This document shows, piece by piece, positions 15,749-22,901 of a stretch of DNA of 32,000 nucleotides (its first letter is position 1; every line of letters starts with the position of its first letter). The notes below the pieces were generated by a model. It saw only the letters and a program-made list of their open reading frames with translations. It was not told where the DNA came from and searched no databases. This DNA comes from Mycolicibacterium smegmatis. GTDB lineage: Bacteria > Actinomycetota > Actinomycetes > Mycobacteriales > Mycobacteriaceae. A program made the position numbers and the translations under genes. The stretch is from positions 330,001 through 362,000 of the forward strand of contig NZ_LN831039.1 in NCBI RefSeq assembly GCF_001457595.1, given 5' to 3'.

Positions 15749-16756
15749 ATGAGACGTTGGGAAATGGACGGTATCGGGCGCGATCTGCTCCAGCTGCGGG
15801 AGGTCGCGATCCCCCAGCCGGCACACGGCGAGATCCTGGTGCGGGTCTCGGCCGTGGCCCTCAACCATCGCGACAAGATGGTGACCGAGAACGGCCGAGG
15901 GCTGCAGCTCGCCTATCCGTTCACACCGGGCTCCGATCTCGCCGGAACCGTGGCGGCGCTCGGCGACGGCGCACAGCGGTTCGCCGTCGGCGACCGGGTG
16001 ATCTCGAACTTCGTCCCCGAGTGGCTCGACGGTGTGCGACCGGGGGACGCCCGCACCTTGCCCTACCGGACCCTGGGCGGACACCATCCCGGCGTGCTCG
16101 CCGAATACGTGGCCTTCCCCGAGGACTGGTTCGTGCGCGCGCCCGCCACGCTCGGTGATGCCGAGGCGGCCACACTGCCCTGTTCGGGCCTCACGGCGTG
16201 GTTCGCGCTGGTCGAGCGCGGCCGTGTGCGCGCAGGAGAGACGGTTCTGGTCGAAGGCACCGGAGGCGTAGCGCTTTTCGCGCTCGCCATCGCCAAGATC
16301 CACGGCGCCGAGGTGATCGTCTCGGCCAGTGCGGGCAACCTCGCCCGCGCGCGGGAACTGGGCGCCGACCACGTCATCGACAGGCGGCGCGAGGACTGGG
16401 CCGACGCGGTCCTGACGCTCACGGCTGACCGAGGTGTGGACCACGTGCTCGAGATCGTCGGCGGCAGCCACCTGGCGCAGGCCGTACAGGTGAGCGCCAT
16501 CGGCGGGCAGATCCACCAGATCGGTGCGCTGGAAGGCTTCGAGATCTCGACCCCGGTGATGCCGTTGATGCTCAAGGGCATCACGGTCAACGGCATCGGG
16601 ACCGGGCACCGGCGCGCGCTCGAAGACTTGGTGCGTGCGGTCGACGCGGCGGGACTCAAGCCCGTGATCGACACGCGGTACCGCTTCGAGGATCTGCAGG
16701 GCGCACTCGACCATCTCGACCGCGGCCCGTTCGGCAAGCTCGTCCTGGAAACTTAG
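15749..16756 (+). CDS. MDR-family NAD(P)-dependent oxidoreductase (quinone oxidoreductase/zinc-type ADH-like)
   Basis: It reads ...GEILVRVSAVALNHRD..., then VLVEGTGGVALFALAIAK (Rossmann). The start is proposed at ATG 15749 (MRRWEMDG...); 15764 is also possible. Confidence 0.82.
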   Translation: MRRWEMDGIGRDLLQLREVAIPQPAHGEILVRVSAVALNHRDKMVTENGRGLQLAYPFTPGSDLAGTVAALGDGAQRFAVGDRVISNFVPEWLDGVRPGDARTLPYRTLGGHHPGVLAEYVAFPEDWFVRAPATLGDAEAATLPCSGLTAWFALVERGRVRAGETVLVEGTGGVALFALAIAKIHGAEVIVSASAGNLARARELGADHVIDRRREDWADAVLTLTADRGVDHVLEIVGGSHLAQAVQVSAIGGQIHQIGALEGFEISTPVMPLMLKGITVNGIGTGHRRALEDLVRAVDAAGLKPVIDTRYRFEDLQGALDHLDRGPFGKLVLET

Positions 16757-17964
16757 CGGTTCTGTGCCACACCGCGTTCGGCGAGCACCCAGTTGAGGAA
16801 CTTCTCGACCGCATCGGCAGTGAAATGCCCGTGCGGCGAGCCGAAGAAGTCGAAAGCGTGCTGGGCGTGCGGAATCTCGGCGTAGACCACGGGGGAGTTC
16901 GACACCTCCCGCAGCGCGGCGACGAAGTCGCGTCCCTCGACCACCGGGATCAACGAGTCGTTGGTGCCGTGCAGCACGAAGAACGGCGGCGCATCGGGGC
17001 GCACGAGCATGATCGGTGACGCGTCGCGGTACAACTCGGCATTGCCGTCGAGCGGGCGCTTGACGATGAGCCGCTCCAGGATCTCCATGAACTCGGTACG
17101 GCCGGGGCCGGTGGTGCTGTACCAGTCGTAGCGGCCGTACACCGGGACCGCGGCCACCACGGAGGTGTCGGCGTCCTCGAAACCCGGCTGCCACTTGGGG
17201 TCGTTCGGGGTCAGCGCGGCCAGCGCCGTGAGGTGCCCACCCGCCGAACCGCCGGTGATGCAGACGGATTCGGGATCGCCACCGAAGTCGGCGATGTTGG
17301 CCTTCACCCATGCCAGCGCCTGCTTGACGTCGACGATGTGATCGGGCCAGCTGTGCTTCGGGCTGATCCGGTAGCCGATCGACACACAGATCCAGCCCTG
17401 CTCGGCGAGATGGCTCATGAGCGGGTACGACTGAGGCCTGCGCATCCCGATCATCCACGCGCCACCGGGCACCTGCAGCAGCACCGGCGCCTTCCCGTCG
17501 CGGGGCAGGTCGGGCCGCATCCAGATGTCAGCCAGGTTGGCGCGGTGCGGGCCGTACCGCACGGTCGTGGTCGCGTAGCGGTGCCGGGTCCACGATGTGC
17601 GGATGACGCCGCCGGGGCGGCGGGCACGGCGGGCCACCGCGTAGTCGGCGCCCAGCGCCGAGCGCAGCGGTTCCTCGAAGAACCGGCGCGACGTGCGGTT
17701 GCGGCGGTGCACGATGTACAACAGGGCCCACGCGACGGCCTTGAGAAGCAACGAGATCCGCCCCGGCGTCGTACGGTAGTCACCGCGCACCGCGCGGCGG
17801 AGCGCGTCGAGCGCCGAAACGGTCGTTATCAGCGGTCCGTTCTCGGAGGTGGGCCAGCCGAACGCGAACGCCACCACCGTCGAATAGCCTTTGCGGCCGA
17901 ACGGTTTCACGGCGTTGACGGCGTTGAGCACCTCCGCCGACGCGGTGAGCAGCGGTTTAGCCAT
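16753..17964 (-). CDS. Alpha/beta-hydrolase esterase/lipase, second LipC-like paralogue
   Basis: 403 aa with PGGAW, GGSAGG and HGTNDSLIP. By eye, roughly half the core residues are identical to 2501-3715. Its start overlaps the fadD-like stop by 8 nt. Its stop overlaps the convergent MDR stop by 4 nt. Confidence 0.88.
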   Translation of the reverse strand: MAKPLLTASAEVLNAVNAVKPFGRKGYSTVVAFAFGWPTSENGPLITTVSALDALRRAVRGDYRTTPGRISLLLKAVAWALLYIVHRRNRTSRRFFEEPLRSALGADYAVARRARRPGGVIRTSWTRHRYATTTVRYGPHRANLADIWMRPDLPRDGKAPVLLQVPGGAWMIGMRRPQSYPLMSHLAEQGWICVSIGYRISPKHSWPDHIVDVKQALAWVKANIADFGGDPESVCITGGSAGGHLTALAALTPNDPKWQPGFEDADTSVVAAVPVYGRYDWYSTTGPGRTEFMEILERLIVKRPLDGNAELYRDASPIMLVRPDAPPFFVLHGTNDSLIPVVEGRDFVAALREVSNSPVVYAEIPHAQHAFDFFGSPHGHFTADAVEKFLNWVLAERGVAQNR

Positions 17965-19588
17965 TCACCTTCTCCTGCAGCTCCCGGCGCGCGATCTTTC
18001 CGGTGCTGTTGCGGGGAAGCTCGTCGAGGATCGTGATGTCGCGCGGCACTTTGTAATTCGCGAGGTTGTCGCGGACATGCGATTTCAGGTCGTCGACGGT
18101 CGCGTCGCCGGACAGCACCACGAACGCCGCGAGTCGCTGACCGAACTGCTCGTCGTCCACGCCGATCACGGCGGCCTCGGCGACCGCCGGGTGCGTGGTG
18201 AGCACCTTCTCGACTTCGATGGGGTAGACGTTCTCGCCACCGGAGACGATCATCTCGTCGTCGCGGCCGACGACGAACAACCGGCCCGCGTCGTCGAGGC
18301 GCCCCACGTCGCCGGAACGCATGAAGCCCTCGTGGAAATCCTTGGTGGTGCCCGAGGTGTAGCCGTCGAACTGCGTCGAGTTGCGCACGTAGATCGTGCC
18401 CACCTCACCCGTCGGGACGTCGCGCAGGTCGGCGTCGAGGATCCGGATCTCGGTGCCCTCGGCGGGTTTACCCGCGGTGTCGGGTGCGGCGCGCAGATCG
18501 GCCGGTGTGGCGGTGGCGATCATGCCGGCCTCGGTGGCGTTGTAGTTGTTGTAGATGACGTCGCCGAAGCGGTCCATGAACGCGATGACGACGTCGGGGC
18601 GCATCCGCGATCCAGATGCTGCCGCGAACCGCAGCGAACGTCCGTCGTAGCGGTTGAGCACGTCCTCGGGCAGTTCCATGATGCGGTCGAACATCACCGG
18701 CACCACACACAGCCCCGTGGCGCGGTGGCGGTCGACGAGTTCGAGCGTGGCTTCCGGGTCGAACTTGCGGCGCGTGATGATGGTGCACGCCATCGATGCC
18801 GCGAACGCCAGTTGCGAGAAGCCCCAGGCGTGGAACATCGGCGCGACGATCACCACCGGTTCCTCGGCACGCCACGGTGTGCGGTCCAGGATGGCCTTGA
18901 GGATCTCGGGTCCGCCGCCGGAATGCTTGGCGCCCTTGGGAGTTCCGGTGGTTCCCGACGTCAGCAGGATCACCTTGCTCTTCTGGCCGGCCCGTTGCGG
19001 TTGCCTGCCTGCGAACTTCTCGGTGAGCGCGGCGACCGTGACGTCGTGTGCTGCGGTGTCGGTCCACGCCACGATGCGGGTGGGCGCTTCGGGAGCCCCC
19101 GCGAGCGCGCGGTCGACGGTGTCGGTGAACTCCTCGTCGTAGATGACGGCATCGACCTTCTCGCGGCTCACCACCTCGGCCAGCGCCGGTCCGGCGAACG
19201 AGGTGTTGAGCAGTAGGACGTCGGCACCGATACGGTTGGCCGCGATCAGCGACAACACGAACCCGCGATGGTTGCGGGCCATGATGCCCAGCACCCTCGG
19301 CGCGCCGCCGGAAAGCGCCTGCAGACCTGCCGCGAGCGCGTCGGCCTGCTGGTCGATCTCGCGCCAGGTGAGCGTGCCGAGTTCGTCGACCAGGCCCGGG
19401 CGGTCGGGACAGCGCTGCGCGGCGCTCGCGAAACCCGATGTGACGCTCATGTTCTCGCGCGCCATCGCGGCGACGATGCGCAGGTACTTGTCGGGGCGCA
19501 GCGGCGCGATCAGCCCGGCGCGGCGCATGGTGGTGACCATTCCGACGGTGTTGAGCAACGGGTCGGTGACCCGGTCGAGAAGTCCCAT
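17957..19588 (-). CDS. Acyl-CoA synthetase / fatty-acid-CoA ligase (AMP-binding family)
   Basis: 543 aa with the AMP-binding signature LLTSGTTGTPKGA, plus YRSGDVG-like MRSGDVG and a C-terminal PRNSTGKI. Confidence 0.9.
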   Translation of the reverse strand: MGLLDRVTDPLLNTVGMVTTMRRAGLIAPLRPDKYLRIVAAMARENMSVTSGFASAAQRCPDRPGLVDELGTLTWREIDQQADALAAGLQALSGGAPRVLGIMARNHRGFVLSLIAANRIGADVLLLNTSFAGPALAEVVSREKVDAVIYDEEFTDTVDRALAGAPEAPTRIVAWTDTAAHDVTVAALTEKFAGRQPQRAGQKSKVILLTSGTTGTPKGAKHSGGGPEILKAILDRTPWRAEEPVVIVAPMFHAWGFSQLAFAASMACTIITRRKFDPEATLELVDRHRATGLCVVPVMFDRIMELPEDVLNRYDGRSLRFAAASGSRMRPDVVIAFMDRFGDVIYNNYNATEAGMIATATPADLRAAPDTAGKPAEGTEIRILDADLRDVPTGEVGTIYVRNSTQFDGYTSGTTKDFHEGFMRSGDVGRLDDAGRLFVVGRDDEMIVSGGENVYPIEVEKVLTTHPAVAEAAVIGVDDEQFGQRLAAFVVLSGDATVDDLKSHVRDNLANYKVPRDITILDELPRNSTGKIARRELQEKVNG

Positions 19589-19593
19589 GCCGA

Positions 19594-20403
19594 TCAGCCG
19601 ATCACCGGGAAGCGCCGCTGCTCGGCGAGTTCGTCGAGGGCCTGCTGCATGACGTGGCGTACGTGCGCGTCGACCTCGTCGATGTCGGGGTCCTCACCGA
19701 ACTCTGCGGTGATGTCGATGGGCGGCAGTGTCTTCATCACGATCTTCGACGGCAACGGCACGTTGAGCGGCAGCACGGCCGACAGCCCGAACGGGAATCC
19801 GAACGACACCGGCACGATCTTGGTACGCGCCAGCCGCGCGATCGGGCCCAGGGCCTTGGCCACCGCGGTGCCGCGCGACAGGAACAGCTGGGTCTCCTGG
19901 CCACCCACACCGACCATGGGGACGATCGGGACGCCGGCGTTGAGTGCGGCCCGCACATACCCGGTGCGTCCGCCGAAATCGATCTTGTTGGCCGCCAGCG
20001 TGGGGCGGTACACGTCGTAGTCGCCACCCGGGAACACGACGACGACGCCGCCGGAGCGCAGCGCCTCGTCGGCGTTCTCGTGGTTGGCCCGGATGAAGCC
20101 CGTCTTCTTGAAGAAGTCCGCGGTCGGGCCGGTCATGAGCATGTCGTGGCTCAGCGTGTACACGGGGCGGTCGTAGCCGAACTTCTCGTAGAAGCCTGTC
20201 GCGAACACCGGCACATCCATGGGGAACAGCCCGCCGGAGTGGTTCGAGACCACCAGGGCCCCGCCGTTGGGGAACGTGTCGAGGCCGTGCACCTCGGCCC
20301 GGTGATACCCCTTGATCAGCGGGCGCAGCCAGCCCATGACCTTCTCGGTGAGGCCGGGATCCCACTTGGTGATCTCACCTTGGTCGGTATCGGTAGCGGC
20401 CAC
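19594..20403 (-). CDS. PlsC/LPLAT-family acyltransferase
   Basis: 269 aa with a GTG start. It has the acyltransferase motif VVSNHSGG...D and VVFPGGD (motif III-like). It lies 5 nt upstream of the acyl-CoA synthetase gene. Confidence 0.8.
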   Translation of the reverse strand: MAATDTDQGEITKWDPGLTEKVMGWLRPLIKGYHRAEVHGLDTFPNGGALVVSNHSGGLFPMDVPVFATGFYEKFGYDRPVYTLSHDMLMTGPTADFFKKTGFIRANHENADEALRSGGVVVVFPGGDYDVYRPTLAANKIDFGGRTGYVRAALNAGVPIVPMVGVGGQETQLFLSRGTAVAKALGPIARLARTKIVPVSFGFPFGLSAVLPLNVPLPSKIVMKTLPPIDITAEFGEDPDIDEVDAHVRHVMQQALDELAEQRRFPVIG

Positions 20404-20424
20404 GGGGGTCCCCCTGACGTGAAT

Positions 20425-20438
20425 TGGAACGTGTTCTA
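20425..20438. promoter_or_regulatory. KstR-type (TetR) operator match TGGAACGTGTTCTA
   Basis: It fits every specified position of the 14-bp KstR palindrome TnnAACnnGTTnnA (recalled from the M. smegmatis/M. tuberculosis literature). It lies 22-35 nt upstream of the acyltransferase GTG and within the nat upstream region. Confidence 0.55.
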
Positions 20439-20490
20439 GTTCTCCATCCTACTTGACCTGAACTGCTGTCGAGGTTGGACGATGGCAGGC

Positions 20491-21318
20491 ATGGCGATGG
20501 ACCTCGGCGGATATCTCGCGCGGATCGGCCTCGACGGGCGGCCGCGTCCCGATCTCGGCACATTGCACGCGATCGTCGCGGCCCACAACCGCTCGATCCC
20601 GTTCGAGAACCTCGATCCGCTGCTCGGCATCCCGGTGGCCGACCTGAGTGCCGAGGCCCTGTCCGCCAAGCTCGTGGACCGCCGCCGCGGCGGGTACTGC
20701 TACGAACACAACGGCCTGCTCGGCTACGTACTGGAGGAACTGGGCTTCGACGTCGAGCGCCTGTCCGGGCGGGTGGTGTGGATGCGGGCCGACGACGCAC
20801 CACTGCCCGCCCAGACCCACAACGTGCTGTCGGTCGCGGTGCCGGGCGCCGATGGCCGGTACCTGGTCGACGTGGGCTTCGGCGGACAGACGCTGACCTC
20901 GCCGATCCGGCTTGAGGCCGGCCCGGTGCAGCAGACCCGCCACGAGCCCTACCGGCTCACCCGGCACGGTGACCACCACACGCTGGCGGCCCAGATCCGC
21001 GGTGAGTGGCAACCGCTGTACACGTTCACCACCGAGCCGCGGCCGCGCATCGACCTCGAGGTCGGAAGCTGGTACGTCTCAACACATCCGAGGTCACACT
21101 TCGTCACCGGGCTCACGGTCGCGGTGGTCACCGACGACGCGCGGTACAACCTGCGGGGACGCAACCTGGCGGTCCACCGGGCCGGTGCGACCGAGCGCAT
21201 CCGGTTCGACAGCGCGGCACAGGTGCTCGACGCCATCGTCGACCGGTTCGGCATCGACCTCGGCGATCTGGCCGGCCGTGACGTCCGTGCACGTGTCGCC
21301 GAGGTGCTCGACACCTGA
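20491..21318 (+). CDS. nat: Arylamine N-acetyltransferase
   Basis: MAMDLGGYLARIGLDGRPRPDLGTLHAIVAAHNRSIPFENLD... is near-identical to the M. smegmatis NAT sequence as I remember it. The catalytic triad context is present: GGYCYEHN (Cys), THNVLSV (His), YLVDVGFG (Asp). The track ORF starts 9 nt earlier (20482). Confidence 0.95.
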   Translation: MAMDLGGYLARIGLDGRPRPDLGTLHAIVAAHNRSIPFENLDPLLGIPVADLSAEALSAKLVDRRRGGYCYEHNGLLGYVLEELGFDVERLSGRVVWMRADDAPLPAQTHNVLSVAVPGADGRYLVDVGFGGQTLTSPIRLEAGPVQQTRHEPYRLTRHGDHHTLAAQIRGEWQPLYTFTTEPRPRIDLEVGSWYVSTHPRSHFVTGLTVAVVTDDARYNLRGRNLAVHRAGATERIRFDSAAQVLDAIVDRFGIDLGDLAGRDVRARVAEVLDT

Positions 21319-21376
21319 GCCGGGGGATCACAGCAAGAAAAGTCATGTCCTGACCCCAGCGCGCCGACCATACTCG

Positions 21377-22297
21377 GTGAACGTGAGTGTGGAACCGAAC
21401 GGGCGCGACCGGCTGCGTGAACTGCTCGACGCCGTCGTCGACTCCGAGAACGACGGTGTCGGCGACATGGCGCGCAACAGCTACGCCTCGGAGTTCCACT
21501 TCTCGCGCGAGGTGCGCAGGCTCACCGGCGAACCACCCGCCGCGCTGCGGCGGCGCATCATGCTCGAACGCGCGGCGTGGCGGCTGCGCCAGGGTGCGGG
21601 CGTCGCGGAAGTCGCTGCCGCAGAGGGATGGTCGTCACCGGAGGTGTTCTCCCGCGCATTCCGCCGCGCCTTCGGCGTGCCGCCGTCGCGCGCGGCGGAC
21701 GTCGGGTTCCGGTTGCCCGCTCCCAACGGTGTGCACTTCCATCCGCCGCAGTCGCTGTGGTGCGACGACGGAGCGGGCGCAGCTGGGCCCGACATCGCGC
21801 AGTTCATGCTCGTGCACGACATCGCCGATACGGCCTATCTCATCGAACAGGCGTCCGTGCTCACGGAAAGGCAGTGGCGCGAAGGGGTTTCACCGGGGCA
21901 GACGGTGCTCGACTGGGACGGTCCCGAACCGAGCGTCGCCGCGGTCCTCGCGGCGATCGTGTGGACCAAGCAGGTGTGGCTGGCGACCATCGAGGGCCGC
22001 GACTTCCCGTCGCGGGACACCACGTGCAACGCCTCGCCCCGGGAATTGGCGGTGCACCACGACACGGTCGGGAACCGTTGGACCACGGTGATATCGGAGT
22101 ACTCGACGGCCGGACGGCTCGGTGACACGGTGATCGACGCGCTGTGCGACCCGCCGGAGTCGTTTCAGCTGTACGGCATCGTCGCGCACGTGCTCACCTA
22201 CTCGGCGCACCGGCGCGGGCTGGCGCGTGCGATGCTCTCGCGTCACGGAATCGACACCCACCGTGGTGATCCGCTGGAATGGATGAGAAGGGACTGA
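21377..22297 (+). CDS. AraC-family regulator with N-terminal double-HTH DNA-binding domain and C-terminal DinB-like domain
   Basis: AraC signature: SEFHFSREVRRLTGEPPAALRRRIMLERAA...VAEVAAAEGWSSPEVFSRAFRRAFGVPPS. The C-terminal ~190 aa carry His motifs (LVHDIADT...VAHVLTYSAHRRG) reminiscent of DinB-fold proteins; this assignment is an inference. GTG start candidates are 21377, 21383 and 21389. The track extension back to 20912 overlaps nat and is rejected. Confidence 0.75.
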   Translation: MNVSVEPNGRDRLRELLDAVVDSENDGVGDMARNSYASEFHFSREVRRLTGEPPAALRRRIMLERAAWRLRQGAGVAEVAAAEGWSSPEVFSRAFRRAFGVPPSRAADVGFRLPAPNGVHFHPPQSLWCDDGAGAAGPDIAQFMLVHDIADTAYLIEQASVLTERQWREGVSPGQTVLDWDGPEPSVAAVLAAIVWTKQVWLATIEGRDFPSRDTTCNASPRELAVHHDTVGNRWTTVISEYSTAGRLGDTVIDALCDPPESFQLYGIVAHVLTYSAHRRGLARAMLSRHGIDTHRGDPLEWMRRD

Positions 22298-22300
22298 ATC

Positions 22301-22828
22301 GTGAAGACCGTCTACTACACCGCTTCGAGCCTCGACGGCTACATCGTCGACGAGAACCAGAGTCTCGACTGGCTCACGTCACGCGACATCACACCCGACG
22401 GACCGTTCGGCTACGAACAGTTCATCGAGACCATCGGTGTGCTCGTCATGGGTGCGAGCACCTACGAGTGGGTGGTCGAACACGGCGACTGGTCCTATGA
22501 CCAGCCCGCCTGGGTGCTCACCCACCGCCCCGAGATCGCCGCCGAGAGTCATCCCATGCAGGTGTTCTCCGGCGACGTCGCCGAACTGCACCCGAAACTC
22601 GTCGCGGCCGCGGGCGGTAAGGATGTGTGGGTGGTGGGCGGCGGCGACGTCGCCGCGCAGTTCGTCGCGGCCGACCTGATCGACGAGATCATCGTCAGCT
22701 ATGCACCGTGCACGCTCGGCGTGGGTTCGCGGGTGCTGCCGATGCGTTCGGAGTGGGTGCTCGACGACTGTGCCCGCAACGGCGACTTCGTGTGCGCGCG
22801 CTGGAAGCGCCCGGTCCTGCACACCTAG
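22301..22828 (+). CDS. Dihydrofolate reductase-like / RibD C-terminal domain family protein
   Basis: 175 aa with a GTG start 3 nt after the upstream stop. It reads MKTVYYTASSLDGYI...VMGASTYEW...VWVVGGGDVAAQF, typical of PF01872. Confidence 0.85.
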   Translation: MKTVYYTASSLDGYIVDENQSLDWLTSRDITPDGPFGYEQFIETIGVLVMGASTYEWVVEHGDWSYDQPAWVLTHRPEIAAESHPMQVFSGDVAELHPKLVAAAGGKDVWVVGGGDVAAQFVAADLIDEIIVSYAPCTLGVGSRVLPMRSEWVLDDCARNGDFVCARWKRPVLHT

Positions 22829-22837
22829 ATCCCCTCG

Positions 22838-22895
22838 CGAACAGACGCAAAACTGCCCAATTCCGTTGGGAATAGGGCAGTTTCGCGTCTGCTCG
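22838..22895. terminator. Long imperfect hairpin between convergent genes (probable bidirectional terminator)
   Basis: CGAACAGACGCAAAACTGCCCAATTCC-GTTG-GGAATAGGGCAGTTTCGCGTCTGCTCG forms a ~27-bp stem with 3 mismatches and a 4-nt loop. It fills most of the 73-bp gap between the stops at 22828 (+) and 22902 (-). Confidence 0.65.
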
Positions 22896-22901
22896 GCAGG
22901 A

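Noticed and set aside
15647-17458. 603-aa minus-strand ORF
   Set aside because: It is antisense to the MDR oxidoreductase and out of frame with the esterase. No domain was recognised.
17891-19216. 441-aa plus-strand ORF
   Set aside because: It is antisense to the acyl-CoA synthetase, which carries the AMP-binding signature.
20425-20438. GAAC...GTTC palindromes read as LexA SOS (Cheo-type) boxes
   Set aside because: The mycobacterial/Gram-positive SOS box is GAAC-N4-GTTC. Here the spacer is 2 nt, which fits KstR-type TetR operators instead.
20912-21376. N-terminal extension of the AraC ORF (461-aa model)
   Set aside because: It overlaps nat in another frame for ~400 nt. The recognisable AraC domain starts only after the nat stop, so GTG starts at 21377-21389 are preferred.
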